In this document: positions 39,726-52,614 of the stretch, in pieces
How the letters are laid out: the number at the start of each line of letters is the position of its first letter
Numbering within the stretch: position 1 is the stretch's first letter
Assembly: GCF_006345805.1 (NCBI RefSeq)
Contig: NW_021836148.1
Coordinates: forward strand, 62,001-126,000
Source of the DNA: Octopus sinensis
Taxonomy: Eukaryota
Reading direction: 5' to 3'
DNA: 64,000 nt
Program-made: the position numbers and the translations under genes
The notes under the pieces: model-generated
Seen by the model: only the letters and a program-made list of their open reading frames with translations
Database searches by the model: none
Told to the model about the DNA's origin: nothing

Positions 39726-41015
39726 CGAGGGACGTTCAATAAGTAATGCCTCTGACCCACTTGCAGTTGTTTGATCTAGCTGAAATTTTGCATGTGCAAT
39801 TATTTATATCTCTATAGAGTAAGTGGCAAATTACAGTTCTGAATTAATTGTGGTTTCTGATTTACAGGTGTTTGAACCGAGTCAAGTGTGAAATGGAGCC
39901 TGTTGAGTGTCGAGCAGTGATCTGGTTTTTGTATTTGAAAGGACGCACACTACGGGAGACTTTTGATAAAATGAAAGTAACTTATGGTGATGATGCCCCA
40001 TCATATGACCTTGTAAAACGCTGGCATCGTGAATTCAAACATGGTCGGAACTCTGTGGAAACAGCTCCCAGATCTGGTCGCCCCTTCTGCCATTGATGAG
40101 GCATCTGTCCGTCAAGTTGAGGCTGCCATTTTGGAAGATCGACGCATAATTATTTGCCAAATAGCCCATGAGGTCAAGATTAGTACCGGGTCTGTGGAAA
40201 CTATCATTCATGACCATTTGCATATGCAAAAGGTGTCTGCCAGATGGATTCCCAGGCTGCTCACGCCTTTCCAGAAGCAAGAACGCGTCGAGTGCTCGAG
40301 GGTGAATTTGGAGATGTGCCAAGAAGATGAGTCAAAATTTTTCAAAAGACTGATTACACAGGATGAAACCTGGGTCCATCACGATGATCCAGAGACCAAA
40401 GCCCAGTCAATGCAGTGGAAGCACCGTGACTCACCCCCTCCAAAGAAGGCAAGGGTGCAGCCCTCCGCTGGCAAGGTCATGCTCACAGTCTTCTGGGACC
40501 AGGACGGAGTAGTGATGACAGATTTCCTGGCAAAGGGTACCACAATTGCAGGAGCCTATTATGCTTCACTTTTGAAGAAATTAAGAGAAGTTATCAAAAT
40601 CAAGAGGCGGGGCAAGATCAGCAAATGCATCCTCCTCCTGCAGGACAACGCTCCGGTCCACAACTCGCTTGTCGCCATATCAGAAGCACAGGCGTATGGC
40701 TATGAACTCCTCCCCCATCCCCCTACTTTCCTTACTTTGCACCCTCTGATTTTCACCTCTTCCCAGTCATGAAGTTGTTTTTGAAAGGAAAGCGTTTCCC
40801 AGATGATGCAGCCTTGATTTCTGAAGTCACGTTCAGGTTGGAGGACCAAGCTGGGGTCTTCTACAAAAACGGTCTCCAGAGCTGCATCAAACAATGGGAG
40901 AAATGCGTAACTCTGGGTGGTTCCTATGTAGAAAAAGACTAATAACTGTGCCAAGTTTCGTTGCTCTACTGCTATGGGAAGTGGGTCAGGGACATTATTT
41001 ATTGAACGCCCCTCG
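39726..41015 (+). mobile_element. Full-length mariner (DD34D, irritans-like) DNA transposon
   Basis: TA|CGAGGGACGTTCAATAAGTAATG...CATTATTTATTGAACGCCCCTCG|TA; 1290 bp; TIRs of about 35 bp. Confidence 0.95.
39893..40942 (+). pseudogene. Mariner transposase, two frameshifts (about 40085 and 40720)
   Basis: HTH region; KVSARWIPRLL; ITQDETW; LLQDNAP; HPPYFPYFAPSDFHLF (34 residues between the 2nd and 3rd Asp); ends GGSYVEKD*. Confidence 0.93.
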
Positions 41016-41819
41016 TATGACCCAGTCAAGTGAACACATTTCCTGCTAGAAGTTGTAGATTCCTCCTTTAAGAGTTAAAACAATCTTTCCCTATTATTCA
41101 CAGCATAAAGATATGTTATTCCTTCCTGTCTGTCCTTCAAGGAGGTATTGTCTTTTGTCACATTCTATTCTTCAAACATGCAAAATTTCTCTATTTCCTG
41201 GAGCTGGTTCTAGAAGCTCATCATAATCTACAAAGTTTGCAAAAGCTGAAATACTGTTGTTCATGATACTGTTACCATTCACACAGTTTTGCAGCTTAAT
41301 TTTTGTTTAACCTAATGTTTTTAGCATCAATCTTTTTTATGTTAACTCTCGTTGAACATAAGTGTTTATGCTGGAGGCTGTGTTTGTATAATTTTCAGAC
41401 TGATTTTTTTTTTTAAACTTTCATCAGTATTTGGAAATAATTAGTGGAGTATTTGTGTATGTTATTGTCACTACTACACCTTAGCTATAGCAAGTTCTTT
41501 TAGTGACTTCTGAAGCCATTTTGAACTCTAAGTAACAATAGAAAAAACTACTGGGCAAAAATATATACACAGTTAAAATCGATGTTTTGACAAACAATTT
41601 TAAAACCGTGTTAATGAGGTGAACTTTCCAATGTTTTGACATCTTTTGTATTTGTCAAATTGTAGTTGACTGTGTTTATAAATGAATCTGTTTAATTTAA
41701 ATGAATCTGTTTAATTCTAACTTTTTTCTGTTTATCATTCTAAAATCTGTTTTTGTGTTCTAAACTTTGAGGTATGTATTCACTGCTGTCACCATGAGAT
41801 GGCTATACCGAACCACTAT

Positions 41820-42045
41820 AAGCTGGTAGAAACGTTAGCATTCCGGGCGAAATGCGTAGCCGTATTTCGTCTGCCATTACGTTCTGAGTTCAAATTCCAC
41901 CGAGGTCGACTTTGCCTTTCATCTTTTCGGGGTCGATAAATTAAGTACCAGTTACACACTGGGGTCGACGCAATCGACTTAATCCCTTTGTCTATCCTTG
42001 TTTGTTCCCTCTGTGTTTAGCCGCTTGTGGGTAGTAAAGAAATAT
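41820..42045 (+). mobile_element. SINE family B, young
   Basis: Near-identical to 37417. Confidence 0.9.
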
Positions 42046-42794
42046 ATACTGAGCCACTATTAAACTAATACAAGAAGTAAAGGTCTTCTAAGAGGAATGC
42101 TGTGAATCCTAGCCATGTCACAGAGCCCTAAAAATTGAGTGTTCAGAGGGGCCCATCAGCTTATATATATGGAAAACATGGAATGATGGAACACCTAAGT
42201 TACACAGAATTTGGTTCAGCAAACAACACAAAAGCAACAGTAATAACAATATTAATGCTTTCTGATGTTAGCACAAGGTCAGCAATTTTTATGCCATTCT
42301 GTGTGACCGGTACTTTATTAATAGTGATGATGATCTTGACGATGATGATGGTGGTGGTGGAAATAATCATTCTTTCTAACTTTAGGATAAAGCCAGCAAG
42401 TTCAAGGGAAGAGGATGTCAATTGCATCGACCCCAGTACTGAACTGGTATTTATCTATTCAACCCCGAAAGGATGGAAAGCGAAGTTGACCCAGGCAAAC
42501 ATAAACTCAGATTGTAAAGAGTTGGAAGAAATGCAGTTAAGCATTGTCTCTGACATGCTAAAGATTCTGGCAGCTTTGTCAACTTAGATGATTTCAAATT
42601 TGGACCCAAGGGCGAGTGGTATAGTTGGTTACATTGATTCCAGTATGTGACTAGTATTATATTTTATCGACCTCAAAAAAATGAACGCAAAAGCTTTCCT
42701 GATGGAAACTGAACTCAGAATGTAATGAGCCGTAAGATATATTGATAAGCATTTTGACCAACACACTGCCAGCTCACTGCTTTACAACAACAAG

Positions 42795-42851
42795 AACTAC
42801 TACCACCCCCACCACCACTACTACTACTACTACCACCACCACCACTACTGC

Positions 42852-42882
<31 letters not shown>

Positions 42883-42900
42883 CCACCACCACTACTACTA
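42795..42900. repeat. (ACC)/(ACT)n microsatellite
   Basis: Directly visible. Confidence 0.95.
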
Positions 42901-43443
42901 CAATAGTAATATTTCTATAATAGCCTAAAGGACTAAAATTTTGGAGGAGCTGACTAATCAGTTATGACGATCCCAGTACTCAGGTGGTACTTATTTTATC
43001 AACCCTACAGCAATGAATAATGGAGTGCACCAGAACAGCAAGAACCCAAACAATAACGTATCTATTCCTTCTTAATACTTTCTGGTAGATTCAAAAGCGA
43101 TTATATGATTACTGTTATTTTCAGTTATCGAAGAACATTTCTTCCCTTTGATTATGTGAGTTTATAACACTCTTCACCAGTGTAAGAGGACTTTGAGATA
43201 CCACGATGTTTTGGCCTTGTTGCAGATCTCCTCAAAGCTACAACACTGGATCTATGAATCTGCCAAGAGCCCGACGTCTTGTTTATAGAAAACAGCAAGC
43301 AAATTATTGCTGATGAGTGTTGATAGCTGCCAAATAGATAGTAATTTATAGGGAGCACACAAAACTGTGAGAATCCCAACAGAAATTTATTTGTTCTAAC
43401 ACATTCTTACAGATGCGAACGTAAATATCTGAACACTGCAGTA

Positions 43444-43654
43444 TTTCGTCATCGGGAACCCCCTCCTTCCTTTAGACGATGTTTGTTCATAAAATTCTAG
43501 ATCACAATTCTAGATCGACTAGATAGATTCTATGAAAGAGTCATACATCTAGGTTGAAACATCATGGTGTTTTAAATTCCTTTTATGCTGGCAAATTGCA
43601 ACTGTTATGAACAAACATCGACTAAAAAAATGGAGGTTTTCTCCGATGATGGAA
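43444..43654. mobile_element. MITE-like inverted repeat (arms about 50 bp)
   Basis: TTTCGTCATCGG...TTAGACGATGTTTGTTCATAA versus TTATGAACAAACATCGACTAA...CCGATGATGGAA. Confidence 0.6.
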
Positions 43655-44021
43655 AGAAAAACAGCCATCAGAAAAATGGAATTGCTTCAGCAAGTCTATC
43701 AATTATTCCCACAAAATTTAAACGTGCAACTAATATGCCATTCTAGTTCTCCATAGATACCAATGAAAATATCTTTCTAGATATTTAAACAAATCCGATT
43801 GCCTTTTCGCGAATGATGCATAAATGGCTCTTGGTCTGAAAGCACTGTGTCTACTTCTACTTACAAGTCTGGGATGTTATCTGAATCAATGACAAAGGTT
43901 CATACCAAGAAATCCCGATCACTACATTACGGTCACTTTGCTCAAACTTCCTTGTAATTGCTCATAAAGGGCACCAGTGATTGCAAGTCGAAAGTTTTGG
44001 TTTCTCAGATGGCCACCACAT

Positions 44022-44922
44022 CTATGTCTATGTTTTGCCGACGATATCAAACTGGTCGCTCCTCGCGGTAATATAGAGGATCTTCGTCGATGCCTCCACC
44101 AAATTTGGAAGTGGTCTAACGATTGGGACCTGTGTCTGAACGTGTCAAAGTGCTTTCATCTGCCTGTCGGCTCTACTCCTGCAACTCAACTTGATTTCGA
44201 GCCGGGTCGTCTGCTGCTGGAGAGGACCGATCAGGTAAAGGACCTGGGTATCTTGGTGGATTCCTCCTTTTCGCCTTCGGCCCAGTGCGTCCATGCTGCC
44301 AACAAAGCACGCGGAATTCTGTTCTTGATTCGACGGTCATTCGGAATGCTCACAGCAGCCATATTCCTACCACTCTATGTCACGCTGGTGAGACCCATAT
44401 TGGAGTATGGGATTCAAGCCTCTTCTCCTTATCTCCTCAAAGACATACAGCATCTCGAAAGAGTCCAGAAGCTGGCTACCCGCATGGTTCATGGTCTCAA
44501 AAATTTGTCCTACGAAGAAAGCTGAGGACGCTCGACCTTTATTCTCTTGAAAAACGCCGCCGCCGTGGTGATCTCATTCTCGCCCACACATCATAAGCGG
44601 AAAGTGTAACCTCTCGAAAGAGCTGTTCTTCACTCCTGCTCCAGAGCGTCGGCTGCGGGGTCATTCCGAAAAGCTCTACCTGCGACGATTTCATCTCAAT
44701 CGAAGGAGAGGAGCTTTCTCCGTCCGGGTTGCGGATCCGTGGAACAAGCTGCCAGACGGGATGGTGAAGATGCCGACGACCGCTTTGTTCAAAGCCTCCC
44801 TGGACCTCAAGTGGTCTGAACTCTTTACATGAACACCACCCTGTACTTAAGTCCATGTCCCCCTACATGGCCTTGCTATTTGCTTTTGAGCCAAATTAAC
44901 TAACTAACTAACTAACTAACTA
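44022..44922 (+). mobile_element. 5'-truncated CR1-group LINE with (TAAC)n tail
   Basis: FADDIKL...DLGILVDSSFSPSAQC...LVRPILEYG...LERVQKLATRMV...LYSLEKRRRRGDLI...LRGH...AFSVRVADPWNKLP; possible TSD ACCACAT (44015 and 44923). Confidence 0.92.
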
Positions 44923-46389
44923 ACCACATTTCGTCTCATCCTTTTTTCCATCTGAGAACTGTGTAGACAAGTAATTATCTGTGTGCTGTTATTGACGTTT
45001 TTGTTATTTCATTTGTTTTGGTTATGTTTGTTGCTGTTACGATTGCAGGTGTGGTGGTTGGTGTTTATAATTTGATGGGGATTTTTTTTTTTTTTGTGAT
45101 TTCAAAGTCGCCTGTACTTTTTCATGTAGTTGCATTTGCTTTCGTTGTTACTTTCCTTTCTTTTATTGCAGTTGTTTTGATGCTTTAGATTTATCTCTTT
45201 GTTTATGGAAATTGTGAAAACATTATGTAGAATCTTCATCCTGATATTATTTAAGGCGGTTTGAAAAACGAGTACTTACTTGCTTACCCCTTGTTGTTTG
45301 AATGATTCGAGAAATAACACATACATTACACACAATCGCTTTTTTTTAAAAAATGGGCGGATTTGATAACTGACATTGTTTAAATTGCGAATAAATGACT
45401 ACATGAAGTCATTTTTAATAACGTAAACACATAAAACAGGGACTCACAAATAATATAAAATGAACCAACGTAAATCAAAACCAATGCAATACAATACAGC
45501 AATCAGGATCAACAATACAACCTTCACTAAAATTATATCAAACCACCAAGAGTTTATTAGGAAATTCAGAGTCCGTATCTTTCAACAGAAAGATCAGATG
45601 TGCTGTCCTCTGAAAATATTTAACCAACAACTTAAAGAACTGCTTAACACTACTAGTGTCTTTCAAAATAGAATAGAGTTAAAAAAGAAACAATGGACCG
45701 AGGATCTAGTATCTAAGCCTCTATTTGGTCTTTCGAGTTACTAGAAACAGCAGCCAAATTTCTCGACAATTACACTTAACCATCTTTGAAAAAGAAGAGT
45801 ATATGAGGCATCAAGTTCTCAAGCAACAATGTCTAAAAGAAGATGGATAATCATGGATGGAATGACTTAAGCGATAAATATGCATATTCAGCACTGATCA
45901 GTGCTAAAATAACAAAAAAAAAAAAGAATCTAAAATATAGTTGAGATATACTTCACAATCATACACAAACGGCATAAAAAAGTATGTCAGACGAAATTTA
46001 TATTTGCAACACATTAACAAATTTATATATATTTAAAATAAACAATAATAGGAATAAAGTAGCTCATAAGAAGAACACCCACTGAAAATACCACAAAAGA
46101 ACTGATCATGCACAGAAAAGATAAACTTCTACAAACCAATGAAAGCTCGTTAAATGAAAACACAGCATGCAAAACACCTGAGCATTCACAACACAATGAA
46201 AATAAAAGAGCAAAAATTGGTACATATAGCAGATGATTTCGCAAACCACAGTGAAAAATAGCATAGCAGAACCAAATATGCACGGAAATGACAAAATATA
46301 CACTGACAAAAGAAAGACTGTCACACTAGTACATTTAAAAACCAAAATTGTGGCTCAAAAACAACGAAAGCTTCTATGACAACAGCATA

Positions 46390-46508
46390 GGTGAAGGCGT
46401 AATGGTCCAGTGGTTAGGGCAGCGGACTCGCGGTCGTAAGAACGCGGTTTCGATTCCCAGACCGGGCATTGTGAGTGTTTATTGAGCAATAACACATAAG
46501 CTCCACGA
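46390..46508 (+). mobile_element. SINE family E head fragment
   Basis: tRNA-like A and B boxes; homologous to 6840-6970. Confidence 0.85.
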
Positions 46509-46509
46509 C

Positions 46510-47560
46510 TTTGTAAACATGTCCACGGGTGTTAGACAGGTGGAGTTTGAAAAGGTGCTCAGAGTTATTGTTAGTGAGATGGTTAATAATTATATGGGTG
46601 TCTGCCAAGTCAGTTGCCAGACGTCGGATTTTCAATGTATCCATGCCCAGGGAAGTAAGGCGTTCAGAATATAGCAAATGGATGGAGGGTATTCTCTTGG
46701 TTGCATGTCGCTGAACGGTTTCCCGATGATTAATATCCTGGGTAAGATAGGGGTCCAGACCTGATTGCAATAAAGATCTATAGTGTACAGGATCTCTCCT
46801 CTTTATTTCGAGTTACAGCTTGATGTTATCTGCATATTTCAGCACTGACGTTTTTTTAAGTTGGCATCTATGTCATTAATATATGCAACAAATAAAAGGG
46901 GGCCAAGAAAAGATCCCTGCGGTACACCAGATGTCATCTCATAGGGTGGAGAGTGCCGTCCTAGAACTGTGATAACCTCTTTTCGATCGATAATGAAGGA
47001 CTTCAACCATTTATAGAGATCATCTCTTATACCCATTGCGGAGAATTTCACCATAAGTCTTTTGTGTGGCACAGAATTAAAAGCCTTAGCAAAGTCCAGG
47101 TAAACAACATCCACCCAGGAGCCGCCATCAGTGATTCGGGTAATGTCCTCAAGAAATTCGAGCAGCTGGAGTTAGAAATAAATCCAAATTGTGACGGCTG
47201 GATGAGGCTGTGAGACTTCCAGAAGTTCCAGAGGGTTTCTATGACACAGGATTCCATTAGTTTGGTGATGCAGTTAGTAAGACTGACGGGGCGATAGTTG
47301 ACAGGTGATGTGCTGTCACCGTTTTTGAACAAAGGGATAACACTGGCAGTTTTCCACTGCTCTGGAGTAACATCGTTGTCAAAACAGAAGTGAAAGAATA
47401 ATTTGGTTCAGAAGAAAGTACCCACCACGTTTGAGAAGTAGGTAGGTAACACCATCGAAACCAGGAGAGGCATAGTTACGTTTATTCCTAAGGTGACGTT
47501 GTAGCATTGCTGGCGTAAATTTCATAGTAGTTATAGAGTCCGGTGTCAGAAGTGATGGAG
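46510..47560 (-). mobile_element. Degenerate, internally deleted CR1-group LINE RT region
   Basis: SPGFDGV...PEQWKTASVIPLFKNGD...NYRPVSLT...VYLDFAKAFNSVPH...SGVPQGSFLGPLLF..YIND; C-terminal LKIRRLATDL...NTRGHVYK. Confidence 0.9.
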
Positions 47561-48264
47561 ATGGAACATTTTGATATTCAACAGTATGTATGTGTTTATG
47601 TGTAAAAGGTTCTTCTTGAATATGCATTGCTGTCAAATGCTGTTATAAATTACGTTTTAAAATTTACATCATTATACTTTTAGTAATTTTTTTAGTTCTT
47701 TTATTGGTAAAGAAGTTATTCATGTCCAGGGAGTTGTGGATGTTGAGAATACGCATTGCTTCAGACCCTACTTGTAAGTATTTGTCTTAGTGCTGTGTCG
47801 TAACGATATGTAGATCGTTAACGTCTTGTTATTTATCGAATCACTATGTTTATCTTTTGTATATTGGTACATTACTGACATTGGTTTCCTTTCGTTGCAT
47901 TCACGCCTTTATACCTCTAGTATGTCGCCTATACTACGTGCCCTTTCTCCTCTATAAGTTGTGGAAGCGTTTTTACATATATTGCGTACGGCGTACATCG
48001 ATTGAACATGTGCATGTTCGTAGATAAATATTTGTGCTGAGATATGTCACTAAGTGCTACCAACAAACGTGTGTAGATGGTAAAATGAATGGTTAGAAAT
48101 AGATAGAACGAACAAAATACACACAAACATACATGCACATGCATATAGATATAGGTGGCCGTAATGAACCTAAAACCTAATGTCGAAATGTTCAGTACAA
48201 GTTCAACACAACAATCCCACATTCACACATTCTTTGGTATCCATCGTCACAGACACACATACAG

Positions 48265-48658
48265 GCGCAGGAGTGGCTGTGTGGTAAGTAGCTTGCTTAC
48301 GAACCACATGGTTCCGGGTTCAGTCCCACTGCGTGGCACCTTGGGCAAGTGTCTTCTACTATAGCCTCGGGCTGACCAAAGCCTTGTGAGTGGATTTGGT
48401 TGACGGAAACTGAAAGAAGCTCGTCGTATATATATATATATGCGTGTGTGTGTTTGCGTGTCTGTGTTTGTCCCCCTAGCATTGCTTGACAACCGATGCT
48501 GGTGTGTTTATGTCTCCGTTACTTTGCGGTTCGGCAAAAAGAGACCGATAGAATAAGTACTGGGCTTACAAAAAGAATAAGTCCCGGGGTCAAGTTGCTC
48601 GATTAAAGGCGGTGCTCCAGCATGGCCGCAGTCAAATGACTGAAACAAGTAAAAGAGT
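48265..48658 (+). mobile_element. SINE family A, full length, young
   Basis: GGCGCAGGAGTGGCTGTGTGGTAAG...GGTTCAGTCCC head to GTAAAAGAG tail. Confidence 0.95.
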
Positions 48659-49009
48659 CAGACGAAAAGCAACAACAACAAAAACGCAGACACACACATA
48701 TACACAATGCAAACATAAATAGCAGAACAAAGGTTGAAAATTTCATATACTACAAAGTATAAAGAATAGATATGTAAGACGGGCAAATCCGCATTGTTTG
48801 CGACGCAGTTTCTCAAGAAAAGGCTTTGCCCAACCAAATAAACAATTTCCCTATAATCCACATAACGAACTGATAAAGAAATTGAAACTGATGTTAAACA
48901 CAACCAGGGCATGTGTTTTTATTTGCATTGGGATCTACAAAAAAAGATACATGAACATTTCAGCATACGACTTTAAATTAAGAATATTGCAAAATGGCAA
49001 AATAGTACA

Positions 49010-49070
49010 GATAACTGAAGAGATGCCGGCGTGGGTTTCCACCCCGACATCCGAAACTCGGAGTTTTATC
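49010..49070 (+). ncRNA. Type-I hammerhead ribozyme motif with canonical core
   Basis: GATAA-CTGAAGA-GATG(...)CATC-C-GAAA-CTCGGAG-TT/TTATC: 5-bp stem I, extended stem II, quasi-palindromic stem III, GUU triplet. Confidence 0.75.
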
Positions 49071-49452
49071 ATGGCTACCGAATAATTGTCTCATATTATA
49101 TTTACATAATATTTACAGATAAATTCCTCTATTTACATAATATCGAGGTCTCTTTCATTCTTTTGTTGTCTTAACATTTTTATCAATATATATACATATG
49201 TGTGTGTGTGGGCGCGTGTGTGTGCATGTGTGTGTGTGCGCGCGCGCGTGTGTGTAGGTATGTATGTATGTATATATATATATGTATATATTATGTATGT
49301 ATGTATGCATGCATGCTTGTATGTATGTATATGTATGTGCATATAAGCAACACATATACGTGCATATATTATTTCCTGTAAGTCTAACTCATATATATAT
49401 AAATATACATGCGTGTGTGTATGTGTATATGTGTATATATGTATATGTGTTT

Positions 49453-49522
<70 letters not shown>

Positions 49523-50125
49523 GCGTGCATCTGCTCAAGATATTTATTTACCTTTATTTGTACAGAACGAATGAAGATAATTTTTTGACTTCAATTTACT
49601 TTCTGTATGAAATTTGGAAGAATGACTTTGAAAGACACTAATTTTGTATTTATTCAATAGCATTCCAATTGGATTTGCGTTTCAATATCATATCTCTCCT
49701 CAGTTCAATTTCAACGTTGTATAACATACGTGTATCCAATAAACCGAGAGTAGTGCTCAGTACTAAATTATGTTAGTATTTACAATATAGCTCTAGTCAT
49801 CAAAAGCAGACGAATTTAACGGTGAATACAATTTCAAATAATATTCATAATTTCAGTTGCATAGATCTTGTCTGAACTAATTTTTAAAAAATCTAAGTTT
49901 GAAATATATGTATTTCCATAGCTAAAAATTTATAATTTCCTCTAAGTTTATATTTCAAATTGTACCAACGAGAACTATGACATTCAAACGCAATGAATAG
50001 TTAGAAAATAGATTAACAGTATTTTATTTCTTTATTTTAAAATTTATTCCTTCAGTATTCGTTAAAAATATATCAGTAGAAAATCTCATCTTCACTGATA
50101 TATATATAATATATATATATATATG

Positions 50126-50159
<34 letters not shown>

Positions 50160-50272
50160 CTTGCTTCAGTCATTTGACTGTGGTCATGCTGGAACAGCGA
50201 CTTTTAGTCAAGTAAATCGACACCAGAACTTATTCTTTGTAAGCCTAGTACTTTTTTTATCGGTTGCTTTCG

Positions 50273-51195
50273 CTACCATTCTTAGATATACTAATTAAGA
50301 AAATTAACCTTAAAATAGAAACAGACATTTTTTACAAAGCCACAGACGCCAAACAATACCTACTTTTTGATTCATGCCGCCCAAGACACACTAAAACAAA
50401 TATCCCTTTCAACCTTGCAAGAAGGATATGCACAATAGTGTCAGAACAAAATACCAGGAACTTTAGACTACAAGAACTCAAAAACACCCTAATTGACAGA
50501 CACTACCCAGTTCAACTCATAGAAAGATGGAATCAGACATGCAACAGAAATCGACATAGAAACTTTGAGAAAAGTTCAACATAACAACACACCTTCCCCG
50601 AAAATACTGCCTACATATCTACATACAACCCCAGAAACAAAGACGCCTTCACCATCATCACCCAGAATTTACCAATACTCATAAGGACCCCAAATTAAAG
50701 GAAATTCTAAACATACATAAAATCATTAAAGCTACAAACGCCTAAATCACTTAAAAAGATTCTCACAAAAGCAAAATTGTTTTCTGAAATTATGGATGCA
50801 AAAGTTAAAAAATGTGGTAGACCAAACTGCGCAACATGCCCAAACCTTCTAGAAGGATCAGAATTCCTTTCAAAGAGGGACAAAAATTCAAGATCAGATC
50901 TAATTTTACTTGTGCTTCTGAAACATAATTTATGACATAAGGTGCCGGGCTGCCACCAAAACTACGTGGGGTCCACGGGATTATCACTCAGACGTAGATG
51001 CACTCTGCATCGACAACAGATTGCATTCCCAGAATACAGAATGATACCCTTTAGTGAGCATATTGAGAAATGCGCAAAGCAACTACTACCACAATTTTTA
51101 ATCTTTCCATTCTATCAATGTGCTATTGGAACACCAACACAAATTAGATTAAACAAGAAACATTCATTGAAAACATATAAGCCTAAACTTAACCA
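50273..51195 (+). pseudogene. Penelope-like element: RT thumb/C-terminus plus GIY-YIG endonuclease, 5'-truncated and frameshifted
   Basis: LPFLDILI...TDIFYKATDAKQYLLFDSC.PRHTKTNIPFNLARRI; KCGRPNCATC; IYDIRCRGCHQNYVGSTGLSLRRRCTLHRQQI. Confidence 0.92.
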
Positions 51196-51531
51196 TTCTA
51201 ACATTCTATACAGAGAAACTCACCCCTTAAATAAGGGAAAAGAAATATAAAGCGATTATCTCCCTTATACCGGAAGAAATCCTTATACCTAGATCCTTCC
51301 TCCCCTACCTGGAACTCTTCTTTGCACTGCATAACGAAGACATAACACGATGTAGGTAAAGACATTTGAAAATTTGAAAAGTTAACACGAATCGGTAATT
51401 TCCTCTCAAAAACCATGTTACTGCATGAAAATTTTATAACATTCTTCTAACATAACGACTTAAATATATTCTTTAACCTTATAAAACAAGCCTTCTGTAG
51501 TTTTTTCACACTTTTCTATTTTCTCTCCTCC

Positions 51532-51569
<38 letters not shown>

Positions 51570-51683
51570 TTTATATATATATATATAATATATATATATA
51601 TATATAATATATATTATATATATATACGTTTAAATATTTGTTGTGCAAGATTTTTTATGTGAAGTCGTGTGTTGAAACAGATA

Positions 51684-52614
51684 TTGTTATATTTCGGAAT
51701 GGTCATATTGCCAGTTTATAGCCAATAAAAACACACGCACTATATATTTGGTGTTATTTTGCTTCATTGATATTTATTTTTACATTAATCTTAATCTTAT
51801 TTCGGCCAAAGTTCTTTCGTCACATTCCTGTTGACCGCATCAGTGGTCCTTTGTTTTCTTCTCACTTACTTGTGTCTCTCCTTACTAACTCGTCAGCCAT
51901 TTTGTATTTCTATTGTTGTCTTCTTTGCGCATGCTTATATCTCTATGTGCGTCTATGTTTATTTAGTGTGTGTTGGGGGATGCCTGTAATATTTGTATCT
52001 TCTGGTTATATACATTTCTTGTATTTGTATTTTGTTTTTTTGCTTGTTGTTGCTTTTGTTCTAATTTTGTTCATGTGTTTACATCCACCCATTATTATCA
52101 TTACATATGCTTGTATGTATGTATAACAACAATATTAGTAATAATAATAATAAACTAATCGAAAAAAAAAAAAATATATATATTTATAGTATATATATAC
52201 ATATTACACACATAATACACACATACATACATATATATATATATTACACATATACATATATATAGTTATTCATTTCTATTTCTTTAATTATCTGTGTATT
52301 TATTATGTTTGCAGGATCCACTATCGTCATATGTTGTGTGTGTGCTATTGCTCTCCATTCTAGTTTTCTATTCAGGCTAGGTTTATTTTCTATTATATGT
52401 GTAGCTTCTGTAATTTGTCTAATTGTTGCATCTGTTCTATGTGTGGACAATATCTTAATCTCTATGTTATTGATTGATCCCCCGTGTTCTTGTTCACGAA
52501 ATAAGATTAAGATTAATGTAAAAAATAAATATCACTGAAGCAAAATAACACCAAATATATAGTGCGTGTGTTTTTATTGGCTAAACTGGCAATATGACCA
52601 TTCCAAAATATAAC

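Noticed and set aside
39726-41015. Domesticated (SETMAR-like) transposase gene
   Set aside because: TIRs and TSD retained, frameshifts present and the conserved motif decayed; no fused host exon visible
42135-42587. 150-aa ORF
   Set aside because: The second half is a SINE B antisense copy and the middle is a (GAT/GGT) repeat; no recognisable domain
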